Shown: positions 1-14,638, counted from the stretch's first letter. The stretch is DNA of 64,000 bases from Nageia nagi (GCA_050084985.1 JBITNC010000002.1:26040001-26104000), one strand, 5' to 3'. Notes: generated by a model from the letters alone, not told the origin. A program made the numbers and translations.

Positions 1-269
1 TACAGAGCAAGATCAACCTTGGCAGACTAGGGAATATGTTAGTTGTTATTTGAGCATCTAGTAATATGCCACTATTTTTAAGCTCAACCTAATCTAGAAC
101 TGAATCAATATTTATTGTCTCTTCTTGGGATTCATCTTGATGAAGGTAATGAAATATGTTGATATTATCATTTTCCTTGATGGAATTGGGATGTTTAGTA
201 ATATGATGTTTGCACTTAGTGGTTTAGAATCCTTTATCAAAGATCTCCAAAGGAGGGGTCGGTTGTATG

Positions 270-860
270 GCATGTGGATAAGCTTTAGCAAGGTGTCCAT
301 ACTCTAAGCAGATACAATGCTAAAATGACATATTTTCATAGTTAATGGATTAGATATATACCATATTATCCAAAGATAGGTTAATCATGATTTGTGCAAG
401 CAACAAAGAGTCTATTCTTAAATGTATATAGTTCTTAGCATAAGCCATTGATTCCTAATCCCTTGTTTTCTTTGAGATTACCATGAAAACACCTAATGCA
501 TTACCAATAGCTTCAAATATGTCATCTTTCCAAAGTTCCTTGAATAGGTTTAACAATCAAACCCACACAAGTGCAGAATAGGGGTGATCTTATTCAGGTT
601 TGAAACTCACATGCCAAGGTTTCATGAAGATTCCTATTCTACCATGAAACCATGGTATGCCTTCGAATACCTCATCTTTATCTACCTTTAAAGCAAAAGT
701 ATCCAAAAATATCCATTTGAATAAAAGCTGAGAGATACTTCACATCCAATTTTCCAATTATTTGATACCCATATTTTGATCATTATTAGAAGGATTTAAA
801 TTCCTAGGAATTTACAAATCAAAGCCATAGACTCTACCTTAGCTATTTCATTATGTACAC
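270..860 (-). pseudogene. Degenerate L1 LINE ORF1 fragment (DUF4283 + zf-CCHC_4)
   Basis: Minus strand translates, with stops, as VDKDEVFEGIPWFHGRIGIFMKPWHVSFKPE*DHPYSALVWV*LLNLFKELWKDDIFEAIGNALGVF...YENMSF*HCICLEYGHLAKAYP, the typical plant L1 ORF1 signature. Confidence 0.8.
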
Positions 861-1112
861 TCACTTTGCACTATTATTTTTGGTGTCTCAAAAGTTTCCT
901 AGATACAACCCGTTTATGTTTTCTATGGTTCTTGCTTTGGCAAGTTTAATGATGATGGCCTTATTTTGAAGTAGCATTACATCTGATTGGTTTACATATC
1001 AATGCATCCTGATATGATACTTATTCAGGGGACCATAGGGGCCCTCTAGACCCAATGCCATGGCTGTAAGCCTAGGAAAAGGTGTCTATAGTTTTGCAGC
1101 ATGCTTCTCCTC

Positions 1113-2842
1113 TATTGACCTATGGTGTTGCTATTACTGTCAAATATTATATTAATATGTTATCATTGCTATCAATAATGCAAATAAGTTACAACACCCT
1201 ACGTAAGCAAGATTGTTGGTGTTAAAGGAAGAACATAATACCTTATGCAGATAAGTTATAGCTTATACAATGTTAAACAAGCTTATGCAGATAAAATATG
1301 ACTTGTGTAGTCAAAATAAGGGTTATGTGAAAGTCAAGGCTCTTATACGATGAAGAAAACCCTTATGCAGGGAGCACAGATCTTATGTAGTAGACTCCAG
1401 TCTTATGCGTAGGAGCAAGAGGCTTATGGGAGAGACTTATGCAAACAATAGAGGCCTGATGTGGAAGATAAAGTCCTTGTGCAGTTTAGTGAGGCCTTAT
1501 GCGAATGAGAAAAGTCTTGTACAATGATGAAGGTGCTTATGTGGAATGCTTTAAACAGTGAGCAAAGGGTTTAAGTAATGGAATTTTGGTCTTATACAGA
1601 ATAAAATTTTCTTGTACGGAGGCATGATGCATTATGCAAAGAGTCACTATCTTATGCAAACAACATAGCTTATACGAAGTGTCACATGATTATGTGAATA
1701 GTAACATGCTTATGCAGATAGATATAATCTTATGCAAAGTAGCATGGTCTTATACATACAATTAATTATTTGTGTGGAAGACAAAGGCTTATGTAAAGTA
1801 ACAAGGTATTTTACGAAGAATAAAGAGTTTATGCCATCAATCAAGGGCTTATGTAGGGAAGCAAAACCTTATGAAGATATTAAAAGTCTTATGTGGAAAC
1901 TTTATGTGATAAGATAAGGGTTTATGTAAAGAAGCAAAATCTTATGCGGAGATCAAAGGCCTTATGCAAAGATGCGAAGCATTATGCGAAAACTCAAAGC
2001 ATTATGTGGAGATTCAAGCCTTATACTAAGAGAACTAGCATTATGTGAAGACCCAAATAGCTGAAGGGATAGACACATGTATATTTTATTATTAATATTC
2101 CAATCTATAGCAGATATCTAGGTTGTTCATATCAGATGTAGAGTTTATAGTTATAAGTTGTACTTAAGGGGGTTTTGGAATGAGATTCAGATCAAAAAGG
2201 AAGATAATTCAATTATTGTTTTTGTATTGCATACTATGAAGAAAAATAGACTTGTAATAAAAATAAAATGGGGAATTCTATAATGCATGATGAGATAGAT
2301 GGAGATGATGGAGTTGGGTGTGACTATGTGAGCAAACCACCATTGAAAAACAAATTATGATAGATTGACAATGAGAGTACAATAGAGGCTATTAGTACTG
2401 ATTGCATATTTCTAACAAAGATAACCAAGAGTAAAAAATGTTGAGCTAGATCAGTGAGGATCTTCTTGAATAGAGTTGACAAGTTTGCCAAAAAATTTGC
2501 TTTTGTAATTTATCAAGTTCGTACTTTGCTAAGGCAATTGGTGCTTCATTCAATTGTTGCTGATAAACTAGGAGTTGTGGCTTCTTTTGGTTAGTGTTCA
2601 TAAATTGGTTATAAAGTTGATGCTTTGATTTGGCTGAATTTGGATGGAATTCCAAGTAGTCTTACTCGGGGATGTAGCCACATTGGTGAACCTTGTTATA
2701 TTATGTGTTATGTGATGTATTATTATGATGATTATTCTAGTTATTTTAAATAAACACTATCTCAAAATAAAGTTAAAGAACTAAGTTTTAATCTTTCACA
2801 TTGATTCACCCCCCCCATCTCAATGTCACTTAGATAATAACA
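1113..2842 (+). repeat. 5' LTR of element A
   Basis: Starts tattgacctatgg (TG decayed to TA), ends ataataaca before the PBS; aligns to 14639-16807. Confidence 0.9.
1240..2050 (+). repeat. Degenerate ~19-20 bp periodic CTTATG(C/T)(G/A) motif array in U3 of element A
   Basis: cttatgcag/cttatgtgg/cttatgcga cores recur about every 19-20 bp; the same array is in the 3' LTR at ~14765-16115. Confidence 0.85.
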
Positions 2843-3135
2843 ATTAGTATCAGAGCAAGTCCATGTATCAAGTCTAATCAACTAAAGGCGATTCAATAAG
2901 TGATACAATGGCAAGTGGTGAAAGTTCTTTATCAAGCAAAACCCCTCTTTTTGGTGGAACCAATTATGCCTTTTAGAAGATAAAAATGCAAAACTACCTA
3001 TGTGCTCTAGGATTTGATATATAGGCATCAGTGGAAAAATGATATGCATCATCCACCACTCCTTCGGTAGATGCAAATAGCAAGAAACTATTTGACTATA
3101 ATTCTAAAGCAACAAATGCTATCATGAGTGGTTTG

Positions 3136-6100
3136 GGAATCTTAATTCATATGATCTAGCATTATATGTATCTAGCATTTTCTTAAGTCTATGTAGGCAT
3201 AGATATTCAGTTGTGTAGACAAGGAAGTGATATGTTTTATTTGTTAAGATGTTGCTATAATTAAGTCTTAGTCATATAGCTTAGTCATTTAGACTTTGTT
3301 ATTCATAGCCTACGAATAGAGTCTGGTGCTATTACTTTGGTTTGGTGTTATTTCTTAGGTTACTCTTAGCACTATAAAATGTAATCCTTTTGAAAATAAT
3401 ATTAAGTTATTTCAAAATTCATATTTGGTATCAGAGCACTATAAAGATTCATAGTGGAATTAAAAATCCTATCAAGCTACCCATCACTTCTATGAGTTTA
3501 ACTAGACAAGTAGTTGAGATCTGTGAAATAAGGAATGCTGTCAAAATTTGACATGAATGTCTTGTTGGTCAGAAACGTAGATCTGTTGCTAAAAAGAATA
3601 TGATACTATTGTTGAGATAGCCCAGGCAGTGAGAAGAGCTGCTAGCATTTGGAGAAACTCATTTTCATTTGGTGTATCTTTTTTATTCCATGAAAGTAAC
3701 GTGAAAAGATAGAGTGGCTAGATAAGGGACAAAGCCTGTCGAGGACGTGGTTGTTTGCTGTGGAGGTTTGCATTACAAACCATTTGAAAATCATCCAGAG
3801 GGAAGAGTATAGTAGAATCAAGCCCATTTTGGTACTAGGATACGTGTTGCAAAGAGGAATCCATGTGCAGAATGACGATGCTCACATCAGGTCATCGAGA
3901 AGGGACGTGAACAACCTGCTACCCATTACGTATTGAGAACACCGAGAAGGGACGTGAACCATGTTGCTATTTGATTGAACATCGAGGTGCGCTTGTGAAT
4001 GCTCAAATAACCTATCAGTAAGATTCTGTTACGTCAAGGAGATTACATTATGCCAAGCAGAAGTTTAGAAGTTTTTGAGAGATATCCAGTGTGGAGAGAA
4101 GACGTACTACTACTGCAGTTCAATTGCACTGTGAAGTGAGGTTCTGTTGTTGCACATAGATCTTGCGATGTGCCCTTGTCTGTTGTGCGTTTTAGAGAAT
4201 GCAAGTTGTGGCTTGTACGGTGAGTTTTTTTTTGCATGGATATTTGTTGTTATTTATTGCATCCAATGAAATAGTGTTAACATGCCACTACGGAGAAGTA
4301 TTGTGCATAATGTCTTGTTATTTAAATTGAAAGGACGTGTGAAATACAAAAGCAAAATTTTGCCTGCGGAAGCCTTATGGCACGCCCATTTAAAACTATT
4401 GGTATAAGAAACATTTTGGAGTACATTTGTTGTTTGTTACTGCTGTGTGTTGCATTTGGTGACATATTGAAACAGTAAGTGGTAAGCGATGGCTGCCAAA
4501 AACAACAGTCTTCCCATTTCAAAATTCAAAGGTGAGAATTATGAATATTGGTCCATTGGTATGAAACATTTGCTCATCAGCAAAGGTGCTTAGGAGATTG
4601 TGGAGGATGATTATGCAGAGCTAGCTGATTGGAGTGTTGTTCCAGCTACCAATAGAGCAACAATGAGAGAGGCACAAAAGAAAAATAGTATGGCACTATT
4701 CTACTTGTAAGTAGCCTTGGATAAGAGCATCTTTCCAAGGATTGCAAGTTGTGCTTTAGCCAAGGTAGCATGGAAAGCTCTAAAAGAGAGCTATGAAGGA
4801 AACACTCAAGTCAACCAAGTGAGATTGCAAACTCTCAAAATGGAGTTTTAAAATCTCAAGATGAAAAAGGCTGAAAGAGTTGGAGACTATTGCATGAGAG
4901 CCAAAGCATGTGTTGACAAAATGAGAGCTTTGGTGAAAAAGTGGAGAATGAGGTCATTGTAAAGAAAGTGTTGAGGATACTTTTGCCTAAATAGAGAGAA
5001 ATATCTATCATAATTGAGGAGACTAAGTACTTTACAACTCTCTCATATGATCAGCTTGTAGGTTCATTAATGTCTCATGAGGAAAGATTTGAAGCTCCAA
5101 ATGTTTGGGGTATGGAACGAAAAGCCTTCACATCCAAAGAAGGTGAATCAAGTGCAAAAAGAAGAGGAAGAGGTAGAGGAAAATCTCCTTCAAGAGGACG
5201 AGGAAGAGGTAGATCAAGAAGTGAGAATCAAGGAAGAGGAAGAGGAGCTGACAAATCAAATAAGTCTTGCTATCATTATGGAAAACTTGGTCACTTTACA
5301 AGAGATTGTAGACTTAAGGCTTCTCAAAAAGGGAGAGGTAATAATTATGGTAACTTTGATGAAGAATACGGGACTTCAAATTTTTTCCTCACCTATGGAA
5401 AATCATATCAAAATCTCAAAGAAAGTTAGTTTTTGGATTCTAGTCTCTCAAATCATATGAGTGGCAAAGAAGAGTTATTTGCTACAATGGATTCCACATT
5501 CAAGTCCAATATCAAATTATGAGATGATAAGGTACTACAAGTTGAAGGCATGGGATCCATGGAGGTTGCAACAAATGAAGGCACAAAGAAGGTAAACAAT
5601 ATCTATCACACCCCTAATCTTAAGCATAATTTGCTTAGTGTTGGTCAAATGATGGAAAATAATTATAAGCTTGTTTTTGAAGATGAAAAATGAATAATTT
5701 TTTGACAAAAATAATTGTAATAGAGTTGTTACACAAGTACCTATGAGAAAGAATAAGTTATTTCCTCTTAAGTTTGGGGAACAAGGAGGTGCCCAACTTG
5801 CTAATGTATCCATTGAAAATCCAAGTGTACTTTGGCACTTGAGATATTGTCATCTTAATTATGCAAGCTTGAAGTTGTTAACTTTTCAAGCTATGGTGTG
5901 TGGACTACCAAAAGTTGAAGAGAACAAGGACATGTGTGAAGGATGTGCTTTGGGAAATCAATCAAGAACAAATTTTCCAAGAGGTGAAACATGGAGAGCA
6001 AGGCATCCACTACAATTGGTACATTCAGATATTTGTGGTCCAATGCAAGCCAAAAGCATGGGTAACAATACTTACTTTCTTACCTTTATATATGATTACT

Positions 6101-8911
6101 CTAGATATTGTTGGATTTATTTTTTGAAATATAAAGATCAAGATTTTTAATGATTTCAAGATTTCAAGAATAATGTAGATAATCAAGGTGGCTATGTGAT
6201 CAAATGTTTGAGGATAGATAAAGGAGGGGACTTTTGTTCAAATGCATTTCTCCAATTTTGTAAAGAATGTAGGATCAAATGACAATTAACAACTGCCTAA
6301 ACCCCACAACAAAATGTTGTGGCTGAAAGAAAGAACCACACTATTATAGAAATGGATAGATGAATGCTCTAAACAAAGAAGCTAAGTAACATCTATTGGG
6401 TTGATGCTATTAGAATAAGTGTTTACATTTTGAATAGGAGTCCCACTTCTAGTTTAGATGGGATAACTCCCTATGAAGGATAGTATGGCAAAAAGCTGAA
6501 TGTACAGCACTTAAAAGTTTTTAGTTGTCTTGCATATGCACAAATTCCTAATGAACAAAGGAGGAAACTTGACCCCAAGAGTCAAACATGTATATTCATT
6601 AGGTATAGTGAATCTTCGAAGGCATATAGACTCTATGATCTAAAAACACACAAAGTTGTAGTCTTAAGAGATGTAATTTTTTATGAAGGGTGAATATGGG
6701 GTCATCAAAAACACTTTATTAATGATGGATCTCAAGATGAAAGCTCCTCCCAACTGCATCCCATTGCCAAGAATAGTAATAAAAGTCCTCCTCCAAATCC
6801 AAAGAAAAGTTCTACTTCAAGTACACCAAGTACTACTCCAAGTCCTCTACAAGGACCACCAAGAGCATCAAGTTCTTCTCCAATGCAAATGGAAGAAGAT
6901 ACACCATGATCACCAAGAGGTCAAAGAACACTCCAATATCATCCTTCTTTCCAAATGTTGGATAAAAATTTTCAAAGAAGATAAACTAGGAGCCTAGTGA
7001 GATGAATGAAGCCTTGAAAAGACTTGAAAATTTGCACATGCATGGTGATGAAGAATCTCAATATCTTAAGGGAGATATTATAAACTATGATTTAATCACT
7101 AGTGTAGAACTGGAACCACCTAGTTATGAAAAAACACGTAATCATGATGTATGGAAACAAGTTATGAAAGAGCAAATGAATTCCATAAAAGAGAATGATA
7201 CATGGGAGCTAGTGGAGCTTACTAAGGGAAAGAAATGTATTAGATGTAAATGGGTCTATAATACCAAGATCAATGCTAATGGAAGCATTGAAAGGCACAA
7301 GGCAACACTAGTAGCAAAAGGATTTACTCAAAAGTATGGGATTGACTATGAAGAAACCTTTGCTCTTGTGGCAAGGTAAGAGACCATTAGACTATTACAT
7401 TCTGTGGCTATCCACAAAGGATGGAACATTCATCATATGGATGTTAAAAGTGCTTTACTTAATGGGTACTTGAATGAAGAGGTTTTTGTGCATCAACCTC
7501 AAGGATTTGAAGAACAAGGTAAGGGAAACCTTGTTTACAAGTTGAAGAAAGCATTGTATGGGCTAAAACAAGCACCGAGAGCATGGTACTCTCGCATTGA
7601 TGACTACTTTCAAAACTATGGATTCACTAGAAGCAAAAGTGAACCCAACCTCTATTACATAAACAAAGGTAAATACATCCTTCTTGTGTGCTTCTATGTG
7701 GATGACATTATATTCATGGGTAGTAATGCTGAGATGAATGAGGAGTTCAAAAACTCCATAATGAAAGAATTTGAAATGAAGGATCTAGTTTTGATGAGTT
7801 ACTTCCTAGGAATGGAGGTACATCAAAAGAAAAAATGAAATCTTCATATCTCAATTCAAATATGCTCAAGACATGATAAAAAAATTTAGCATGGAGAAGT
7901 GCAAGCTAGTTGCAACTCAAATAGGGCATGGGATACAACTAAGCAAAGATGATGGAGCATCAAAAGTTGACAAGACCAGTTATAGGAGAATGGTTGGGAG
8001 TTTCATGTTTCTCACCAACACAAGGACAAATATTAAGTATGTTATTTATTTAGTATCAAGCTTTATGGCTAATCCATTTGAACTACACCTTCAAGCAACT
8101 AAAATAATTCTAAGATATGTAAATGGTACAATGGATTATGGGATTCATTACCATAAAAATGATGATGTAAAATTAGTTGGCTTTAGTGATAATAATTGGG
8201 AAAGCAAAATAGATGATAGGAAATCTACTTTAGAGAATTTTTTTAGTCTTGGGTCTGGGCTAATCACTTGGAGTTCCAAAAACCAAACCATAGTAGCACT
8301 ATCATCTACTGAGGGTGAGTACATAGCAATTGCAAATGCTAGTTCCCAAACCTTGTGGCTAAGAAAGGTTCTTGAAGAAATAAGAGAATGAAAAAAAGGT
8401 CTTACCATATTGTATTGTGACAATATGAGTGCCATTCAATTATCATATAATCCTATCCGTCATAGCAAGTCAAAGCACTTCAATATGAAGTATCATTTCA
8501 TCAGAGACATGGTGGAGAAAAATGTGATTGAGCTAAGGTATTATAGCAGTTTGGAAAATATAGCAAACATCTTCACCAAAGGAGTTGCTAAAGCTCAGTA
8601 TTTAAAGCTAATAGACTATTTGGTCAACCCTCTCAACTTTATGGGGGATAATGTTAGAATATGATCTAGCATTATATGTATCTAGCATTTTTCTAAGTCT
8701 ATGTAGGCAAGGAAGTGATATGTTTTATTTGTTAATATGTTGCTATAATTAAGTCCTAGTCATATAGTTTATTCATTTAGACTTTGTTAGTCATAGCCTA
8801 CGAATAGAGTCTGGTGCTATTATTTTGGTCTAGTGTTATTTCTTAGGTTGCTCTTAGCACTATAAAATGTAATCCTTTTGAGAATAATGTTAAGTTCTCT
8901 CAGAATTCATA
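3136..8911 (+). mobile_element. Ty1/copia element B (short LTRs) inserted in the gag of A
   Basis: LTRs ~3136-3423 and 8652-8911. Perfect TSD gtttg (3131-3135, 8912-8916). PBS tggtatcagagc after the 5' LTR; PPT atgggggataa. Confidence 0.92.
4489..8664 (+). pseudogene. Disrupted gag-pol of element B
   Basis: Gag FKGENYEYWS; CCHC-like CYHYGKLGHFTRDC; GAG-pre-integrase LWHLRYCHLN; INT LVHSDICGPM; RT HHMDVKSALLNG and FYVDDII; RNase H FSDNNW..DDRKST. Confidence 0.9.
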
Positions 8912-10825
8912 GTTTGGTAGATAGTGAACTTATAAAGATCATGAATTGCAAATCAACTAAAGCAATTTGGGACAAGCTATAAAGCATTCATGGAGATAGG
9001 AAGGTAAAAGAAGCTAAGTTGTAAATATACTGCGTAAGATTTGAAAGTTTACAAATGGATGATGAAGAAGATGTTGCAACCTATCTTTTAAGAGTAAATG
9101 AAGTCATCAATAATATCAAAGGTTTGCGAGAAATGATTAAAGATTCTATAATTGTGAGGAAATTTGAGATCACGCCCTTAAATATTTGACTCCAAGGTAT
9201 CTGCCATCGAATAAGCCAAAGATCTAAACACTTTCTCCATGGATAAAATGTATGGTTCATTATTTTCCTATGAAATGAGAACTGGTAAGGTAAAATCCTC
9301 CAACAAAAAATTTATCTTTAAAGTCTCTAAAAAGATCAAAGCCAATCCTAACTATGATGATGAAAAAGGAATGTTAGATCTAGATGAATCAAACTTTGTT
9401 TGAAAGCTAAAAAGGAGACAAGGAAAATACAAAGGTAAGTTACCTTTGAAATGCTTGGTTGTGGTGATATTGAAAAAATCTAGTAAATGTTCATACAATG
9501 AAAAGAATGGCAATAATGAATATACAAGGAAAATTAGAGGTAGTAGTTCTAGAAACAAAGATAGGTTTTCTAGAGAAGAGAACAATCATAAAATAAGCTT
9601 TGTTTTAAAAGAAAGAGAAGATGAATCTAATAGTAGCTCAAATAGTGAATCTAAAGGAGAGCATGATGAATCATTGTTTATGGCTTTTGAAGAAAATGAT
9701 TAGGAAGATGAAGTTATTTAATACTTTGATGATAAGGAAGTTATTGTTGAATTGGAATAAGAGCTTATATATGCTTTAGATGACCTAAACATTGAAAGAA
9801 GAAGGAATAAGAAATTGACTAAAAAACTTGAAGATTCCAATAGTGAAATTGAAGAAATAAAAGCTAAGTTACAAGAATCCAAGACAATTGAAGAAACCTT
9901 GTTGCTCCTACTGACTAATAAAATGGATTATTATCACAACTTGGAAAAAGAAAACATCACTTTAAGATAGGAGATTGAAAAATTATCTCAATAATCCAAG
10001 ACAAGTTATAAATTTCTTCAAAGCTCAAAGCAATTTGATCAAATATTGAAGGCCAAAGGTATTCGTTAATTAAGTTTGGTTTGGGATTTGAACAAGATGA
10101 ATCCTCCATTGCAATTGAACATCTACTTAACAACAACTCAAATGACTCACAATCTGACAGTGAAAAGAAGTAGAAAATCAATAATAATCAATACAGAGAC
10201 TCTCAATAGGCTAGTAGTGATGGTTTCATCAAAGACAAAAAGATGAGGAGAATGTCAAAATGGACAACAAGTCAAATCTATCAACAAAATAGATTCTTTA
10301 ATTCCTACTCTAGATATGAAAGTCAATTTTATGGATATTAATTATAAATGTAATTATTTTGGTTATAAATTGGCATTCTATAAAATGAATACTCAACCAA
10401 TTAACTTTGTGCACAAAAATAGTTTCTCTCCTTTGATGGATTACCCTGCAAAATGTTATCAATGTCACAACTATGGGTGCATAGCAAAATTTTGTAGAAG
10501 TAAGATAGTAAATCCATCTAAGGTGAATAAAAAGGACTTCAAAATAAATGAACCAAATGTTAATAAAAAGAATGCAACAGTTAAGAAAGCATGGAAAAGG
10601 AAAGATAATAGTGCAACTGAATCATTAATTTTTCAAGTGGCTCTTGAAGCTGAAAAACATGCTAAGATCTTGGATTATTGGTAGCAAGTGTACAAAACAT
10701 ATGATAGGGGATAAATAGAATTTTGAGAATCTACAACAATTTGAAGGAGGATTTGTCAAGTTTGGAAATAATGATGGTGCCAAAATAGTTGGCAAAGGAA
10801 CTGTGAAAATGGGAAATGGAAATAT

Positions 10826-11316
10826 TGAAGGGATAACAAAAGCAATCCTAAACAACCAAGATCATATGAAATCTCACAAATCATATCTTAAAAACTCACA
10901 AATCAATTTCACAAAGATAACTCAAGATATAAGTGGTTCCTCCAACTAGGAGTACATCCACTAACTAGATCTCACTTCATTCACAAATATGAACTCTTAC
11001 AGATCTCCTAGTCTAATCTTCTAAACACTATCCTATAGCATAACTTTAATTTATAAATTAGTATGTGATAACAAATAGGAAGCCTTCTATTTATAGGCCA
11101 AAATCCCTCTTTGGATCACCCTTTTACCCAATGTACAAAGGCATGACATGCACTCCCTTTTACCTAAGGGGCATGTTCATGACATGGAGTGTAGGACAAG
11201 TTACATTATCATATTCACTTAAATACTTAAGGCATCTAATGATACCCTTAAGTATTAGTTAATTTACAAAGAGGATTAATACAAACCTTTATAATAATGC
11301 ATTATACATTCCAACA
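10826..11316 (-). mobile_element. Solo LTR (D/E-related copia family) in the protease region of A
   Basis: tgaagg...ttccaaca ends; perfect TSD aatat (10821-10825, 11317-11321); homologous to the LTRs of D. Confidence 0.9.
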
Positions 11317-14209
11317 AATATTAAGCTTGAAGAATTCTTATTTATTATTGCTTTAGATATAACTTATTGAGTGCTAGTCAAATATGTGATAAAGGTAATG
11401 ATGTTATGTTCAAAAGATATGGATGTGAAATAAGAAGATCAAAAAGTGAACGAATTGTAGCAACTGGGACAAGAATAATAAATAATTTGTATACATTAAC
11501 TATAACATCAAAAGAATCATACAAAATACTTGGAGATATCAATTTTAAAAATATGATAAAGATTAGCACCAAAAATGTAGTAAGGAACATGTCGAGCATC
11601 TCCAATCCATTCAACAATATATGTCCTTCATGTCAAAAAGGAAAGCATACCAGAACCGCATTTAAGGCTAAATAATACTAGTCTAGTAAACCTATTAAGT
11701 TGATTCACATGAATTTATATGGACCAACCATAACTTAGAGCATACATGGTCATAGATATTTTATATTGTTTATAGATGATTACTCAAGAATGACATGGGT
11801 ACACTTTCTCAACACATAAATTAGAGGCCTATAACATGTTTATATGCTTCAAGAACATGGTTCAAAATTAGACCAATAGAAAAATCAAATATCTCATGTC
11901 AGGCAGAGGAGAATAATTCATCTTTGAAGTGTTTATCTAGTACTTTGAGAAGTATGGTGTATGGAGATCATTTTCAACTACTAGAACTCTACAACAAAAT
12001 GGTGTTATAGAAAGGAAAAATAGACTAGTTCAAGAAATGGTAAGAATAATGATGAATGAGAACAAAGTAAATGATAGGCTCTGGAAAGAAGTAGTACACA
12101 CAATTGTTCACATTCAAAATAGATGTATGTTGAGATCCAATGAAGACAAAACTCCATATGAATTGTAGTTTGGAAAAAAAGCTATAGTTAAACATTTTAA
12201 AATCTTTGGAAGCAAATGTTACATCAAAAACACTAATGAAAATCTAGGCATGTTTGAAGATAGAATTGATGAAGGAATTTTTCAAGGATATTCATCTAAA
12301 AGTAAATCCTACCTATGCTAGAACAAGTAACTTGGAAAGGTTGTGGAAAGTGTTGATGTAAAAGTTGATGAAAACCATGGTCATATATCAAGTATTACAA
12401 TGGTTATCCCATCTATGAAGAGAAAGAAGAGAAGCACTCACCACTAGTATCACCCAAATCATCTCCATCACACTCTCCACAAACATCATCATCATCATCA
12501 CCTAAGGGATCACTATAAGCAACATCTAATTCATCACCACTAAATTCACCAAAAACATCTAGCAAGCAATGGTAGCTAAATTATCTAAGTCAGTAAATTA
12601 TTAGAGATCCCAATTTGGGTTTTCAAATAAGAAAAAATGTTTTTCAAACATAGGAGCATACCAATTATGAATTATTATCTTATTTTGAACCCAATAATGT
12701 TACTAAAGCAAGTAAATATGAAAGTTGTGTATTGGCAATGAAGGAAGAACTAAATCAAATTTTAAAGAATAAGATATGGGAGCTATTTCCTAGATCAAAA
12801 AATAAAAATATCATTAGTACAAAGTGGGTATTTCAGAATAAGTTGAATGAAGTGGGAAAGGTGGTTAGAAACAAATCCAAACTTGTCTATAAAGGTTATG
12901 CTCAAGTGGAAGGAATTGATTTTAAAGAAACTTTTGCACTGGTTGTAAGATTATAAGTAATCAAGATGTTTCTAGCATTAGTAGCATACAAGAACTTCAA
13001 AGTACATCAAATGGATATCAAATTTGCCTTTCTGAATGGCATTCTAGAGGAAGAAATATACATTGAACAACCAAATGGATTTTAGCTAGTAGGAGATCCC
13101 AACATGGTTTTTAAATTGGAAAAGGCTTCGTATGGCTTAAAACAAGTACCCTGAGCATGGTATTCAAGATTGGATAATTATCTTTTGTAACAAAGGTTTA
13201 AAAAGGGTATGGTAGATAACAATCTATATGTTAAAATTGAATCTAACTATCAACTTATCATTATTATCTATGTAGGTGATATCATATTTGGTGGATGCAA
13301 AGATGAAATATGCAAGGAGTTTGCTAATAAGATGCAAAATGAAATTGAAATGTTAATGGTTGGTGAGTTATTATACTTTTTGGGTCTAAAAGTGAGTCAA
13401 TTAGATAAAGGCATAATCATATCTCAATCAAATATGTGAAATAAAGTTGAATAATTTTAACAGGGAGGATAGTAAACTAGTAACCATTCCCATGATGACC
13501 AATTGTAAATTAAGTAAAGAGGACAATTCACATATTGTTGATCAAACTCTATATAGATCTATGATTGGTGACTTATTATATTTAATGGTATCTATGACGT
13601 ACATATTGCAAGTAGTTTGTATGGTTGCAAGATTTCAAGCAGCTCCAATGGAAAATCATGTCATTGCAGCAAAAAATAATTTTTAAATATCTCCAAGGAA
13701 CTATGGAGAATGGAATATGGTATACCAAAGGTAAGGAATTCACACTCTTTACATATTCTGATGTTGATTGGGTCAAATGTATTAATGATAGAAAAAGCAC
13801 AAGTAGAGGTGCTTTTTATTTAGGTGACAAAATGTAACATGAGAATAATAAAAAACAAGATTCAGTATCTCTATATATAATATAAGTAGAGTATATTGCA
13901 GCAACATCATGTTGTTCTTAGGTATTGTGGATGAAATAAACTTTGAAAGATCTTGGAATTCATGTTAATGAACCTATCTCTGTAATGTGTGACAACACCA
14001 ATGCAATAAGTATTTCCAAGAATCTAGTTATTCATTCTAGAACCAAGTACATAGCCATTTGATATCATTTTTTGAAAGAGAAGGTTATAAGAGGAGAAGT
14101 CTAATCAGATTATGTACCTACATCAAAAGGAAGTATTTGAATATTTTCTCCAAAAATTGGGAGTGTTCATTCTTCCCAAAAACTAGCTGACCAAAAGGTG
14201 CACATTCTT

Positions 14210-14638
14210 AGGGGGAGAAAGTTTATTTTCTATCTTATGCCTCCTTATGTGTTACTCTTTATTCCTTCATGATCTTGAGAATATTGCATGAATTAAGGGG
14301 GATTTTTTGTTGTGCTATCATAGGTTAACATCAAATTATGTATCAAATTTTGTGCTCTATCAATATCTAAGAGATGGTTGTATTTATACAATGTAAAATG
14401 TTTTACTGGCATATTTTTTTAGTTACAACTACCATGTTTTCTACTACCTTTAAGGTGTTTGTTGTTCAATTTGTAATGATGGCTAAAACAAATTTGGAAA
14501 ATTTGCTATACCTTGTTCTTGTTGCCTTAGCCATTCTTGGTAAAAAGAGGGAGAAAATATTAGAACTATTGTGTTGTGTTTGGCATGCTTAATGCTTATG
14601 ATGGTTGGAGTTTTGACAACAATGCCAAAGGGGAAGAT
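14210..14638 (+). promoter_or_regulatory. Multiple polypurine tracts upstream of the 3' LTR of A (Sirevirus hallmark)
   Basis: agggggag at 14210, aagggggat at 14295, aaaaagagggaga at 14542, aaaggggaaga at 14627. Confidence 0.75.

Larger units (their letters stand above)
2908..14190 (+). pseudogene. Disrupted gag-pol of element A (split by element B and a solo LTR)
   Basis: IMSGL|VDSELIKIMNCKSTKAIWDKL rejoins across B. CYQCHNYG zinc knuckle; RT ORFs at 12732, 13209 and 13447; RNase H TYSDVDW..DRKSTS; many stops. Confidence 0.85.

Noticed and set aside
1240-2050. Repeat-spacer-like array as a CRISPR
   Set aside because: The core is only ~7-10 bp, lies in both LTRs of a plant retrotransposon, and there are no cas genes
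11065-11262. Repeated ORF (also 15318-15530) as a small gene family
   Set aside because: Antisense translation of homologous solo LTRs
14190-14638. Sirevirus env-like ORF
   Set aside because: Only ~450 bp separate pol from the LTR, and the 72-aa ORF has no env features
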